Shown here piece by piece: positions 19,386 to 29,795 of a stretch of 64,000 nucleotides of DNA. Position 1 is the stretch's first letter. Each line of letters starts with the position of its first letter. A model generated the notes under the pieces. The model saw nothing but the letters and a program-made list of their open reading frames with translations, had not been told where the DNA came from and made no database searches. The position numbers and the translations under genes are program-made. This stretch comes from an uncultured Verrucomicrobiae bacterium (GTDB lineage Bacteria > Verrucomicrobiota > Verrucomicrobiia > Limisphaerales > Palsa-1400): positions 4,832,001-4,896,000 of the forward strand of contig OY969763.1 of assembly GCA_963702845.1 (NCBI GenBank), read 5' to 3'.

Positions 19386-19961
19386 TTATGCGGGAAATTT
19401 TCCGTCGAGCAACAAAGCAACGTACTCGTCTAGCTTTTGGCCGTCAGAAACCTGCGAATCGGTTTCGCTTTTTGCGCTACGCAATCCTTCGATCAGAGGC
19501 CAGAAACTTTTGAGAACCGTAACCCTCGGAAGCAAGCTGCGCTTCATTTGTTCTGTCTCGGGTTTTGATAAATCAGCAAAACCAAAAAGGTTGTCGAGCA
19601 TCGCCGTTGCTTCGACTTTGCGACGCTCGTATTCGGCAGTCCACACGTCATCAACATGGTTTTTAACCACGCGCCAGCTCGCTTCTTTAGCTTCTTCAGC
19701 CTCGGTTACGTTCTTTTCTGCTGCGGCAATCGGTTTCGCGTGGAGTGGTGCTCGCGCTATTAGGACACCGATGCGAGCCACTGCTTTTTCGTCGAATAAA
19801 TCAGCATTTGCTTGAAGGTTCCCTAGCTCTTGTGCCTCTGAGTCCTGAGCGCCACGGGCGGCAATCAGCGTTGCCTTTGTGGATTCGACATTTTTGCGGG
19901 CTTGATTGAGCGCTGCGTACTTGGTTTTAATTTCGTTCGTTGGAATTTTTGTGTTGGTCAT
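19386..19961 (-). CDS. Coiled-coil hypothetical protein
   Basis: Ala/Glu/Lys-rich helical ORF in the satellite early operon. Confidence 0.7.
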   Translation of the reverse strand: MTNTKIPTNEIKTKYAALNQARKNVESTKATLIAARGAQDSEAQELGNLQANADLFDEKAVARIGVLIARAPLHAKPIAAAEKNVTEAEEAKEASWRVVKNHVDDVWTAEYERRKVEATAMLDNLFGFADLSKPETEQMKRSLLPRVTVLKSFWPLIEGLRSAKSETDSQVSDGQKLDEYVALLLDGKFPA

Positions 19962-20005
19962 AAATTTTTCAATTGCTGTTTTGTTTTCGAAGGGACGTGA
20001 TTGAA

Positions 20006-20248
20006 CTAAGCTTTTCCGCGCCGTTGCACCCCGTATTTTTCTTTGAGCCACACGGCAACTTCTGGAAGGTCGAAGCGCGTCCTTCGAGCCCCCAACGCCA
20101 AATAAGGCATACCCGCTGCCATTTGGTCAGACACCCAGCGGATTGATTTCATTCCAGCCAAAGAGGCAACGGCTCGCTTATCGCCAAAACGATTTGCTGA
20201 CAACTTGTCGCCGGTATCAGCGTCCGGCAGTAGTAACGTACTATTCAT
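20006..20248 (-). CDS. AlpA/excisionase-like DNA-binding protein
   Basis: K..VA......RWV......GMPY..LG.R..RFD...V..WL pattern. Confidence 0.75.
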   Translation of the reverse strand: MNSTLLLPDADTGDKLSANRFGDKRAVASLAGMKSIRWVSDQMAAGMPYLALGARRTRFDLPEVAVWLKEKYGVQRRGKA

Positions 20249-20288
20249 GCAAGGCATCGTAGAAATTGCGTCTTGAACACGCAACGCC

Positions 20289-20312
20289 AAAGGTGTATGA
20301 AAAGGTGTATGA
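20289..20312. promoter_or_regulatory. 12-bp tandem repeat between divergent genes (putative operator)
   Basis: AAAGGTGTATGA, two copies. Confidence 0.5.
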
Positions 20313-20959
20313 AAAAGACGCGAAAGAAAATACACGTTAAGGTCAAGCCGAAGCATGTGCTTTCCAGGCTCCGCAAAGTAATTGGGGTGGAATTAAGGGA
20401 ATGTGAGCCTTACCTCGGATTGTCCCCGCACACTGTAAAATCAATTCAAAGTGGCCGGTTACGCTTCAGCGAGCGCAATGCGCAGATTGTATCTGCAAAG
20501 ACGGCAATCGCGGTTGATTGTCTTTTAGAAAATAACGATCAAAAGCCTTTGGTATGTGTGTTAGGATGCCCTTATACCCGCGAAACCTACGACTCTCACG
20601 AGCTGAGGATTAGAAAATGGGAAGAGGCACAACGCAAAATAAACAAAGCGTCTGCTTCGCCATCACAGCTAGACAAAATAATCTTCGCCTATCAGCACAT
20701 AAGGCAATTTCACTCTCTCACAATAAAACTCGCTCGGCTTTTATTGGCAGCGCATTCGAAAAAAGACGGGGGGTTTGTTTGGGGGAAGCTTGAACAGGAG
20801 ATGCGACGACTAGGAAAATCCTATCCGGATTACCCCATGCTTGACACATTCGAGCGAAAACTACAGAACGCCGCTGGTGGCAATTTGCTAAAAGACCATG
20901 CTTTGTGGACAGCTATTACAACGACTTTTATTAGCGAAGTTCATAGGCGACAGTCGTAA
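20309..20959 (+). CDS. XRE-like HTH regulator
   Basis: L..LRK.IG....E....LGLS..TVKSIQSGR; divergent from the AlpA-like gene. Confidence 0.7.
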   Translation: MKKTRKKIHVKVKPKHVLSRLRKVIGVELRECEPYLGLSPHTVKSIQSGRLRFSERNAQIVSAKTAIAVDCLLENNDQKPLVCVLGCPYTRETYDSHELRIRKWEEAQRKINKASASPSQLDKIIFAYQHIRQFHSLTIKLARLLLAAHSKKDGGFVWGKLEQEMRRLGKSYPDYPMLDTFERKLQNAAGGNLLKDHALWTAITTTFISEVHRRQS

Positions 20960-21537
20960 ACGGGAAGCGTTGCATCTTTATAGTCAAACACGCCGACTCT
21001 TACGGCTTTTAGCGGAGAGTCCACCGTGTCCCCAGTCGCAAGCTCTTTCTCTTTCGGGTGATTTTTGAGAAGGTATGCCATGCCTTCCATCAGTTGGTAC
21101 TGTTTAGTGTAGCGGTTGAAATCGTACAATTGCACGATAACGCCTTGCCGAATGACTCGAACCACTTGCAATCGCTCATCCGCAGGCCCGTAGGCGGCCA
21201 ATACTTCCGGTTTAATATTGCGAGCGATAGGCTGATCCGTTTGCAACTTCTCGGAGAACTTTGGCTTTAACAGGAAAAACGCGGCTATACCGACAGCTAT
21301 TACAAAAATCAAAGCAAGGGGCAACGCACGTTTGAATTCCCAACGGTCCAACTTTTTAGATTGTGATTCAGGAAAAGATTGCGTGGGCGCACATATAACG
21401 GTTGTTTGTCGGCAATGCGGACACTCGATTCCCCGCTTTTCCTCTTTATCTAGCGCAGTTGCGTCAAACTCTATATGCCCGCCGCAATGCTGGCAACGGC
21501 ACGTAACAAACCGGCTCAATTCAGCTTCACCCATCAC
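20941..21537 (-). CDS. Zinc-ribbon membrane-anchored protein
   Basis: CQHC...CPHC, one TM, C-terminal soluble domain. Confidence 0.7.
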   Translation of the reverse strand: MMGEAELSRFVTCRCQHCGGHIEFDATALDKEEKRGIECPHCRQTTVICAPTQSFPESQSKKLDRWEFKRALPLALIFVIAVGIAAFFLLKPKFSEKLQTDQPIARNIKPEVLAAYGPADERLQVVRVIRQGVIVQLYDFNRYTKQYQLMEGMAYLLKNHPKEKELATGDTVDSPLKAVRVGVFDYKDATLPVYDCRL

Positions 21538-21637
21538 GCAGTCAATCGAACACCAAGCAAGCGGCTAGAGCAAGCGTCATGTCCATCGTTAATTTTTGGG
21601 TTGGATTTCGAAAGCTTAGACAAGCAACCTTTGGCGC

Positions 21638-22291
21638 ATGGGTTCTGAAAGCCACGATATTACAGGGTTCGGAAAAGTTGCCGAACAATTTCAATTATCT
21701 ACCAAGGAAATCCGAGAAACGTTGCAGTTTTTCTTAAGCCCGATCGCGAAAGAGAGTGGAGAATGGATTGCTGACCACATTCGCATCGCTCGCATAAAGA
21801 ACGTCCAGAAAGTTTTGCAGTTGGCAAAGGCTGAACTGGAGGTATCTGGAATTCCCAATAACGCGGTAGAAACTAAGGTTCTTGTCCCGCTTTTGGAATC
21901 ATGCTCGCTGGAGCAAGATGAAGATATGGTGCAACGGTGGGCGAAGTTATTGGTAAGAGCGACCACAGGGGACCCCGTTCTCCCATCCTACATCCGCATC
22001 CTATCCGAACTTTCCCCGCAGGGCGCACAAATGTTAGATGCGATCAATGCTAGTTTTTCCGAGCATGGTGTTGACGTGAATTTGATATTATTTCCGCCGG
22101 ACGTAGGATTTGGCCAAGTGCAGCCGATACTTCTGAATCTTCAACGTCTCGATTTAATTCACGCTGTGCTCCCCGCGATGCATTTTGGAACCCCTCGGAT
22201 TGGAGCGAATCAAAATGTAACGAATGGACAGGAGTTTGTTGCCATTTCTCCATTTGGCCGAGAATTTCTCCGCGCCTGCACGGGCATGTAG
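21638..22291 (+). CDS. Abi-alpha (DUF4393)-like protein
   Basis: PLLE..SLE.DE.M...WAKLL, PSYI.ILSELSP and SPFG.EFL.AC motifs. Confidence 0.75.
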   Translation: MGSESHDITGFGKVAEQFQLSTKEIRETLQFFLSPIAKESGEWIADHIRIARIKNVQKVLQLAKAELEVSGIPNNAVETKVLVPLLESCSLEQDEDMVQRWAKLLVRATTGDPVLPSYIRILSELSPQGAQMLDAINASFSEHGVDVNLILFPPDVGFGQVQPILLNLQRLDLIHAVLPAMHFGTPRIGANQNVTNGQEFVAISPFGREFLRACTGM

Positions 22292-22584
22292 CCAAAAAAA
22301 GTATGTGGACGGATATCGGCGCGAAGGGGAGTAGGTGGAGTTTAATTTCAGCAACCCCGCGCTACAACGCCCCGCCTTGCGCTCAGGATTGCGCACAAGC
22401 GATTTTGTTTACTGTCTTGGCTGGATTCCGTCCACCCCGTCCCGTGCAACAAAGTGCAACAACGCTTTTGCACGTTAACGATATAACGACGACAGATTCC
22501 GAAAAAGGCGCGAGGCTGATTATCGCCTTTATTCATGCGGGTATAGTGCAGCTTTATGCCGTAGTCGTGAAGTTGCGGAATGGC

Positions 22585-22628
22585 TTCCTAAACCGCGCAT
22601 CCCGGTTCAATTCCGGGCGAGGCTACCA
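22585..22628 (+). repeat. attR: displaced tRNA-Arg 3' half
   Basis: TTCCTAAACCGCGCAT-CCCGG-TTCAATT-CCGGG-CGAGGCTACCA. Confidence 0.92.
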
Positions 22629-22642
22629 TTCCCCAAAATTCT

Positions 22643-23914
22643 TTGATTCCAGAGTGGAGTTTGCAAGAATCACGCGTGTTTCGTATACGAATTACTCCGA
22701 AGCTTTTGCGATTCAAACTGAGCGCGCTCATCGTTTTTGTCGTTGTCTTCGGCGCGAACAGTTCCTTTTCGGCGGCCCCGTTCCTTGAGCAATCCAAATT
22801 ATTTGAGGCTCACAAAGACGGGATTGCGTTGTTTCGGATCCCCGGGATGGTCGTCGCAACGAACGGCGCGGTGCTGGTTTATTGTGAGGCGCGACGCAAT
22901 AGTTCGAGCGACTGGGCCGACAGCGAGATTTGGATCCGGCGAAGTACGAATGGCGGTGTGTCGTTTGATGCGCCAAAAAAAATCGCCCACCTTGGCAAAC
23001 GATTAAAACGAAACGCCATCGGACTTGTCCGAAAAGAAGGAAGCGCCGAAGATCAAACGGTCAACAATCCTGTGGCAATCGTGGATCGGCAGACCGGCGC
23101 GATTCATTTTCTATATTGCGTCAATTACGACCGGTGCTTTTACATGCGCAGTGATGATAATGGAGTCACCTTTTCGCAACCGATCGACATTAGGGCGACG
23201 TTCGACGCGTTTCGGCCTGAATACAATAGCCGCGTCATCGCTACCGGGCCGGGTCACGGAATCCAACTTAGGGGCGGACGATTGCTGGTGTCGGTGTGGC
23301 TCTCGACGGGAGACAAAGGGCATTCTCCGTCGGTAACAGCAACTATTTACAGTGATGATCACGGCGCCTCATGGCATCGAGGTGACATCGCTTTGCCAAG
23401 TCGCTCCGAGTGGCCGAATCCAAACGAGGCGATGGCGTTAGAACTGGCAAACGGCAGCGTGATGTTGAATGTTCGGACGTCCGCTCCTCAAAATCGTCGC
23501 GTTTTTACAATCAGCCCTGACGGAGCAACCCACTGGTCGGCTGGTGAGTTGAGCGGACAATTAGTGGAACCGATCTGTATGGCCAGTATTGTTCGGTATT
23601 CAATTGCGTCGGAGTCGAACAAGAATCGGTTGCTTTTTTCCAATCCAGATTCGTTGGAAGCGACGAACAAAGACGGGGCCGTTCCGGGCGGTCATCGGGC
23701 TCGAAAGAATTTATCTGTCCAGCTAAGTTATGACGAAGGACGGACCTGGCCAGTGAAACGCGTTCTGGAACCGAGCCGTAGCGCCTACTCAGACCTAGCG
23801 GTGCTCGGTGATGGAACGATTCTGTGTTTTTATGAAGGGCAGCAAACTTTGACGCTGGCGCGTTTCAATCTTGAATGGCTCACCAATGGCAAAGATTCAG
23901 CGCAGAGAAAATGA
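22643..23914 (+). CDS. Sialidase (GH33); true start probably a little downstream
   Basis: FRIP motif and several Asp-boxes (S.DGG.SF, SDDNG.TF, SDDHG.SW, SYDEG.TW). Confidence 0.9.
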   Translation: MIPEWSLQESRVFRIRITPKLLRFKLSALIVFVVVFGANSSFSAAPFLEQSKLFEAHKDGIALFRIPGMVVATNGAVLVYCEARRNSSSDWADSEIWIRRSTNGGVSFDAPKKIAHLGKRLKRNAIGLVRKEGSAEDQTVNNPVAIVDRQTGAIHFLYCVNYDRCFYMRSDDNGVTFSQPIDIRATFDAFRPEYNSRVIATGPGHGIQLRGGRLLVSVWLSTGDKGHSPSVTATIYSDDHGASWHRGDIALPSRSEWPNPNEAMALELANGSVMLNVRTSAPQNRRVFTISPDGATHWSAGELSGQLVEPICMASIVRYSIASESNKNRLLFSNPDSLEATNKDGAVPGGHRARKNLSVQLSYDEGRTWPVKRVLEPSRSAYSDLAVLGDGTILCFYEGQQTLTLARFNLEWLTNGKDSAQRK

Positions 23915-23918
23915 TGCG

Positions 23919-25019
23919 ATGAATCGTTGCGCTCATCGACGGGTTTCGATCACGGGGTTTTGTTTGTTCGTTCTAATTGCGTTTGCAAGCTGCACGACTC
24001 CACATCGCACCGGGCGTAATGAAATGACTTGGACCAAGCTGCCGTCCATTCCCGATGCCGAAGGTTTTGCGGGAAGTTTTGCAGGCGTTAGTCATGGTGC
24101 ACTGATTCTTGCGGGCGGCGCAAACATGGTCGGTGATAAATGGGGGACGAACTTTCATAAGCAGTGGAGCGATTCGGTTTTTGTTCTAGAGAGCCCACAA
24201 TCGCAGTGGCACTTCGGAGGGAAACTACCGCATCCAATTGGTTATGGTGTTTCAATCACAACGGACGATGGATTGATCTGTATCGGAGGAAGTGATTCGA
24301 GGGGGCATTACCCGGATGTCTTTCGGTTGTCGTGGCAGAATGGCGAGGTGCACGTCGCGACGTTGCCGGCTTTGCCGAAACCGTGCGCGAATTGTTGTGG
24401 GGCGAGGATCGAACAGACGATTTATGTCGCAGGCGGACTGGAATTTCCCGGTGCGACAAACACGATGAAAACCTTTTGTGCATTGGATTTATCGGCGGAA
24501 AAATTGCAATGGGTTGAAGTTCCGCCATGGCCCGGGTCAGATCGAATGCTCGCTGTTGCCGGTGTACTTCGAGGTGAGTTCTACCTCGTCAGCGGCGCGC
24601 GGCTGAAATCAGGTGCGCAGGGAAAAGTCACGCGTGAGTATCTAAAAGACGCTTACGCGTATTCGCCGAAAAAAGGCTGGCGCAAAATTGCAGACGTTCC
24701 ACAGGCGGTCACGGCGGCGCCTTCACCGGTAATTTCAACGGAGCAGTTGCTGATCGTTTCTGGGGATGACGGATCGAAAACTGATCTTCCACCGAGCCCA
24801 GCGCATCCCGGGTTTTCGCATGATGTGCTTGCCTATGATGTTGAGATGAATCGTTGGTCGGTTGTAGGCCAGGTGCCTTTTTCCCGTGCGACAGCGCCTG
24901 TGGTTGAATGGAATGGGCATGTGGTCGTGCCGATGGGTGAAGTGCGTCCGCGCGAGCGCACGACGGAAGTCTGGTGGGCACAATTCCCGCAACCCCGTAT
25001 AGAGGGCCGAAAGCCGTGA
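23919..25019 (+). CDS. nanM: Kelch-repeat N-acetylneuraminate mutarotase-like lipoprotein
   Basis: Kelch repeats, AGGAN and GEVRP..RT motifs; operon context. Confidence 0.75.
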   Translation: MNRCAHRRVSITGFCLFVLIAFASCTTPHRTGRNEMTWTKLPSIPDAEGFAGSFAGVSHGALILAGGANMVGDKWGTNFHKQWSDSVFVLESPQSQWHFGGKLPHPIGYGVSITTDDGLICIGGSDSRGHYPDVFRLSWQNGEVHVATLPALPKPCANCCGARIEQTIYVAGGLEFPGATNTMKTFCALDLSAEKLQWVEVPPWPGSDRMLAVAGVLRGEFYLVSGARLKSGAQGKVTREYLKDAYAYSPKKGWRKIADVPQAVTAAPSPVISTEQLLIVSGDDGSKTDLPPSPAHPGFSHDVLAYDVEMNRWSVVGQVPFSRATAPVVEWNGHVVVPMGEVRPRERTTEVWWAQFPQPRIEGRKP

Positions 25020-26278
25020 CGCGTTCGAAACTTAATCCAGCATGGGTCGTGGTCGGCTTGCTTTGGGTCGTTGCATTGTTGAATTACCTCGACCGGCTGA
25101 TGATCACGACGATGCGCGATCCGATCGTCGCGGCAATTCCGATGTCGGATGCGCAGTTCGGCTTGCTGACGTCGATGTTCCTTTGGGTGTATGGGACCGT
25201 CAGTCCGTTAGGAGGATTTTTGGCCGACCGTTTTAGCCGGAGCAAGGTCATTATGGGGAGTCTGTTGATTTGGTCGGTGGTTACGTGGCTGACAGGACAC
25301 GTGAAGACATTTGACCAGTTGCTGTGGACGCGAGCAGTGATGGGTGTGAGTGAGGCTTGTTATATTCCGGCGGCGCTGGCGTTGATATCCGATTACCATC
25401 GAGGCACCACGCGTTCGCTGGCGACTGGTTTGCACATGAGCGGCGTTTACACGGGCGCGGCGCTGGGCGGTATCGGCGGTTACATCGCGGAATCGTATGG
25501 GTGGCGAGTTGGGTTTTCTTTGTTCGGTCTGGTGGGAATCAGTTACGCGGTCGTGCTGATCTTCTTTCTTCGCGATAACGCAACTCGGGGAAGCGACGTA
25601 ATAACGACATCTACAAACGATGTGAAGCCGTTAGCGGCTCTTGCTGCTTTGTTTGGCGTCGCAGGTTTCTGGATTTTACTCGCGTTAAACGCATTGGTTG
25701 GAGTCGCAAATTGGGGGATCAACGGTTGGCTGCCAACCTATCTGAAAGATCAATTCCACCTTGGCCTGGGTTCGGCTGGATTATCGGCAACGGCCTACAT
25801 CCAAACTGCGTCCTTCCTCGGAGTGCTGATTGGCGGCGCGTGGGCTGATCGGTGGGCGCGACGTGATCGGCGCGGGCGAGCGTTCGTTCCTGCTATCGGT
25901 TATCTCATCGCTGGACCGTGCTTATTTCTAAGTGCGACGGCGGGGGCGCTCGCACCGGCTTTGGCAGGTCTGATTGTCTTCGGACTCGCGCGCGGATTTT
26001 TTGACGCGAATCACATGCCGATTTTGCGACAACTGACGGACGAGAAATATAGTGCAACAGGATACGGCGTGCTTAATTTCGTCAGTTGCAGTGCCGGTGG
26101 CGTGATGATTTTAGCGGGTGGCATGATCAAAGATGCGCATGTTCCTTTGAGCATCGTGTTCCAGTTTTCGGCCGCTGGGTTGTTGATCGTGGGAATCCTG
26201 CTGCTGTGCCTGAGGCCTGCTAAAACAACTCCTATCGTCGCGCCAATTCCATTGATAAATTTAAATACAAAAATATGA
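25016..26278 (+). CDS. MFS transporter (probable sialic acid uptake)
   Basis: NYLDR and G.LADRF motifs, ~12 TMs. Confidence 0.88.
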   Translation: MTRSKLNPAWVVVGLLWVVALLNYLDRLMITTMRDPIVAAIPMSDAQFGLLTSMFLWVYGTVSPLGGFLADRFSRSKVIMGSLLIWSVVTWLTGHVKTFDQLLWTRAVMGVSEACYIPAALALISDYHRGTTRSLATGLHMSGVYTGAALGGIGGYIAESYGWRVGFSLFGLVGISYAVVLIFFLRDNATRGSDVITTSTNDVKPLAALAALFGVAGFWILLALNALVGVANWGINGWLPTYLKDQFHLGLGSAGLSATAYIQTASFLGVLIGGAWADRWARRDRRGRAFVPAIGYLIAGPCLFLSATAGALAPALAGLIVFGLARGFFDANHMPILRQLTDEKYSATGYGVLNFVSCSAGGVMILAGGMIKDAHVPLSIVFQFSAAGLLIVGILLLCLRPAKTTPIVAPIPLINLNTKI

Positions 26279-27195
26279 AGCTGAGACTTAACGGACTGAT
26301 TGCTGCTCCTTTCACTCCGATGCGCAATGACCGGAGTGTGAACCTGGCTCTGATTCCGCAACAGGCGCGATTGCTTGTTGCGAACGGCGTCAGTGGCGCC
26401 TTTATTTGCGGGACCACGGGGGAAGGATTTTCGTTAACGACGGAGGAACGGATGCGCGTGGCGGAGGCGTGGGTAGCGTCGGTTCCACAAGGCACCCACG
26501 TTATCGTCCACGTAGGCCACAACAGCCTGGAGGACAGTCAGGCGCTTGCCGCCCATGCACAAAAGACCGGAGCGGCTGCAATTGCCACGATAGGCCCAAA
26601 CTTTTTTCGCCCTGCCAACATTGATCAATTGGTCGGTTATTGTGAAGAAGTCGCGACGTCCGCGCCAATGCTTCCGTTTTACTTTTATCACATGCCGGCG
26701 ATGACGGGCATTAATCTGCCGATGATCGATTTTCTAAGGACGGCGAGCCAGCGCATTCCGAATCTTGCCGGAATCAAGTTCACACACGAAAACCTGATGG
26801 ACTATGCAGAGTGCGTTGCGTTCGAAAGTGGAAAATTTGACGTGCTGTTTGGGCGCGATGAAATTTTGCTCGGTGCGCTGGCATTGGGCGCCACGGGCGC
26901 GGTGGGCAGCACGTACAATTACATGGCGCCGGTTTATCGATCGGTAATCGATGCTTTCAAACGCGGCGATATCGCAGCCGCACGAAAACACCAATTACAG
27001 GCGATCGACATCATTGAAGTGATGATTCGCCACGGCGGCATGTCAGCAGGCAAGGCGATGATGAAGATGGCGGGTGTCGATTGCGGGCCATCTCGATTGC
27101 CATTGCGGACTTTGACAGCAAAGGAAATCAGCGCTCTGGAAGCAGACCTTGAGAAGGCCGGCTTTCGATCGGTCGTAAGCACTACTCAGGGATAA
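26275..27195 (+). CDS. nanA: N-acetylneuraminate lyase
   Basis: CGTTGEG, FYFYH.P, GIKFT, G.DE and GSTYN motifs. Confidence 0.88.
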   Translation: MKLRLNGLIAAPFTPMRNDRSVNLALIPQQARLLVANGVSGAFICGTTGEGFSLTTEERMRVAEAWVASVPQGTHVIVHVGHNSLEDSQALAAHAQKTGAAAIATIGPNFFRPANIDQLVGYCEEVATSAPMLPFYFYHMPAMTGINLPMIDFLRTASQRIPNLAGIKFTHENLMDYAECVAFESGKFDVLFGRDEILLGALALGATGAVGSTYNYMAPVYRSVIDAFKRGDIAAARKHQLQAIDIIEVMIRHGGMSAGKAMMKMAGVDCGPSRLPLRTLTAKEISALEADLEKAGFRSVVSTTQG

Positions 27196-27224
27196 TCGAC
27201 GCGAGATTACCAAATTCCGATGTA

Positions 27225-28346
27225 CTAATCTCCCAAGGTAGTTCCAACAAGGCGCGCGGCTTTGACCCAGGGGTGGTCGAGAGTCACGATTTTGCGGCGG
27301 CCGGCGACTTGGCCCAGGGGAACTGGCGACGTGCCTTGACCGCGGGACGCAACCATGACGCCGAAGACGCCGTCGTTAATAAGATCAGCGCAGGCGGTCC
27401 CCAGGCGGGTGGCCAACAGACGGTCGGCGGCTGAAGGTGCGCCGCCGCGTTGCACGTAGCCGAGGATGGTGACGCGAGATTCGAGGCCGGTCAGTTCTTC
27501 CAATTGTTTGGAGAGACGCATGGTATTGCCGGTGTGAGCGGCTTCCCATTTCGCGAGCGCGGCCTTGCACTGTTTCTTTTCCGCTTTCGAAGTTGCGTTT
27601 GCTTTCCGTTGCTCGATGGCTGCCAGAGCTTGAGCGTCGGATTTGGACACTGCGCCTTCGGCCACCGCGACAATGCTGAACGGACTGCCGCTCCGGCTGC
27701 GATCGCGGATGGCTTCGGCAATTTTTTCGACGCGATAAGGAATTTCGGGAATGAGGATCACGTCGGCCCCCCCCGCTACGCCTGAACCCAAAGCCAACCA
27801 GCCAGCGCGGTGACCCATGATTTCGACGACAACGATGCGATGGTGGCTATGCGCGGTGCTGTGCAGTCGATCGATTGCTTCGGTAGCAATGCCAAGCGCA
27901 GTATCGAAACCGAAACTGGTGTCGGTATTGAAGACGTCGTTGTCGATCGTTTTGGGCAGCGTGATGATATTGAGCCCTTGTTGCTTGAGATAGAGCGCGT
28001 TTTTTTGCGTGCCGCCGCCGCCGAGGCAAACCAGGGCGGCGAGATGATGCTTTTCGTAGGTCGCAATGATGGCGTCGGTGGCATCGATTTCCTTGCCGCC
28101 AATTTGCATACGCTGGGGCTTGTCCCGACTGGTGCCAAGGATTGTGCCTCCGACAGTCAGGATCCCGGACAGCTCCGAATGATCGAGGAGCATAGTGCGG
28201 TTTTCCATAAGGCCACGAAAGCCGTCGCGAAAACCAATAACGCGCATGTCGAATTTTTGGTGGGCAGCTTTGCCGACACCGCGAATGGCTGCGTTCAGGC
28301 CGGGACAATCTCCGCCTGAAGTTAGGATGCCGATTGATTTAGGCAT
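27225..28346 (-). CDS. pfkA: 6-phosphofructokinase
   Basis: [31 protein letters not shown] and LGYVQRGG motifs. Confidence 0.93.
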   Translation of the reverse strand: MPKSIGILTSGGDCPGLNAAIRGVGKAAHQKFDMRVIGFRDGFRGLMENRTMLLDHSELSGILTVGGTILGTSRDKPQRMQIGGKEIDATDAIIATYEKHHLAALVCLGGGGTQKNALYLKQQGLNIITLPKTIDNDVFNTDTSFGFDTALGIATEAIDRLHSTAHSHHRIVVVEIMGHRAGWLALGSGVAGGADVILIPEIPYRVEKIAEAIRDRSRSGSPFSIVAVAEGAVSKSDAQALAAIEQRKANATSKAEKKQCKAALAKWEAAHTGNTMRLSKQLEELTGLESRVTILGYVQRGGAPSAADRLLATRLGTACADLINDGVFGVMVASRGQGTSPVPLGQVAGRRKIVTLDHPWVKAARLVGTTLGD

Positions 28347-28347
28347 G

Positions 28348-29211
28348 TTAGTTGTTCATGTGATGGAGACAGTGCGATATTCGCTCGTGAAACGCCGAAG
28401 GCGCAAGGTCAAATGTCTGGCGCGCAATTTTAAATGCGCGCCGTTGCAATTTGCGGCGAGCTTTTCGGATTTCACGTTTGACGACGCGAGTGTCGGGATC
28501 GGTGGCGTCTGACAACGCTCTCAGCACTAAATATAAATCATGATCATCACCGAGGTATTGGGTGAGGTCGTGCGCGTTTTGGCTGAGTCGTTTTAGCTTT
28601 TTTGGGGTCAGTGCGCCGGTCAATTCGAGGAGGTGCCAGAAAGTTTTGGCAGCTTTGCGCCATTCGTGCAACCTCGTGCCAATGGGAGCTTCGCGAACGT
28701 ATTTGAAACATTTGCGGTTGCGGCGGTAGCTGCACTTCAATGCCAAGGCGAGTTGCTTTTGATCCAAATCGCCAGTCGGCCACGTGGCCAATCGCCGTTG
28801 AGCAGCGTTTATCGCGGTGTTGAATTGTTTGATATGTTCGAAGCTTTGCGGCTTTAACTCAGTCTGGGCCTTTAGCAAACGTTGCCGCAGAACATGGCAA
28901 ACGCCGTTTTCCTTGCATGCGGATAGCCGTTTCAGTGCGAGCCATTGGACGTGAAGGTCGCGATTGGCGGCAATGACCCGAGCAGCATCGCGGAGCGCGT
29001 GATCCTCGTTGCGGACGGCGGATTTGGTTTTGTCGTTGCGGAGCAACTGCAGCACAGCCCGGAGGCGCTTGATGGCTTTGCGGGCGCTGTGAATGGATGT
29101 CGCGGAAATTTTTTGGGCCGAGGTGTGGTGGTTGGCGAACTGCAGTTGTTCGTCTGCAATTCGCTGGATCGCGGTTGACAGGGCTTCTTTCTTTTTGATG
29201 CAGAACTTCAT
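28348..29211 (-). CDS. CHAD domain (polyphosphate-binding) protein
   Basis: IH.ARK..KRLRA, LHEWRK and LGDDHDL motifs. Confidence 0.88.
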   Translation of the reverse strand: MKFCIKKKEALSTAIQRIADEQLQFANHHTSAQKISATSIHSARKAIKRLRAVLQLLRNDKTKSAVRNEDHALRDAARVIAANRDLHVQWLALKRLSACKENGVCHVLRQRLLKAQTELKPQSFEHIKQFNTAINAAQRRLATWPTGDLDQKQLALALKCSYRRNRKCFKYVREAPIGTRLHEWRKAAKTFWHLLELTGALTPKKLKRLSQNAHDLTQYLGDDHDLYLVLRALSDATDPDTRVVKREIRKARRKLQRRAFKIARQTFDLAPSAFHERISHCLHHMNN

Positions 29212-29714
29212 CGGCCCTTTGCCAGACGGGCGAGTTGGCGCGGCGTCATCAGCCATTTGAGGCACGCGCACTTGCCGGGTTTGAGGTCATCAACGCACAG
29301 TTTGCAAAACCCGGACTTTTTGAAATCGATGCTCATGTCGGGCCTGCCGGTAAGAAGGACCGACATCAAGTGACTCATGTGCGGCTCATGGCCGACGAGG
29401 ACGATCGATTTGTATTTCGAAAATTTTTGATCAATTTCGTGAATGACTTCCGCTGGGTCAGCTTCGGAAATTAAGGACTCCGTCATCTGCACTTTCCCGA
29501 TCTCGAGCACGTCATGCAAAATTTCTGCGGTTTTCGCCGCGCGGACATATGGGCTGGTCAAAATCAGCTCGAACTCCACATCAAGGCGTTTGATGCCGCG
29601 GGCGACTTCGCGCATCACATCTTCGCCTTCGGGGGTGAGCGGACGGATGGAGTCGGGCCGAAATTTCGGGCTGCGTTGATACGCTTTTCCGTGGCGAAGA
29701 AAAAACAGGTCCAT
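29208..29714 (-). CDS. sixA: Phosphohistidine phosphatase
   Basis: RHG, RPLT..G, TSP..RA..TA and VGHEP motifs. Confidence 0.9.
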   Translation of the reverse strand: MDLFFLRHGKAYQRSPKFRPDSIRPLTPEGEDVMREVARGIKRLDVEFELILTSPYVRAAKTAEILHDVLEIGKVQMTESLISEADPAEVIHEIDQKFSKYKSIVLVGHEPHMSHLMSVLLTGRPDMSIDFKKSGFCKLCVDDLKPGKCACLKWLMTPRQLARLAKGR

Positions 29715-29795
29715 AACCGGAAATATCGTTTGTGGCAACATCCGCGCAAGGGCAAGTTTTTTGTCACATAAATGTAACTCGCGCGCGGCAAAAAC

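Larger units (their letters stand above)
15364..22628. mobile_element. PICI-like integrative satellite (~7.2 kb)
   Basis: tRNA 3'-half duplication (15364-15407 / 22585-22628); integrase, primase, helicase, AlpA-like gene and divergent regulator; no structural genes. Confidence 0.88.

Noticed and set aside
22585..22628. Second tRNA-Arg gene
   Set aside because: Only the 3' half is present; no acceptor 5' strand or D-arm.
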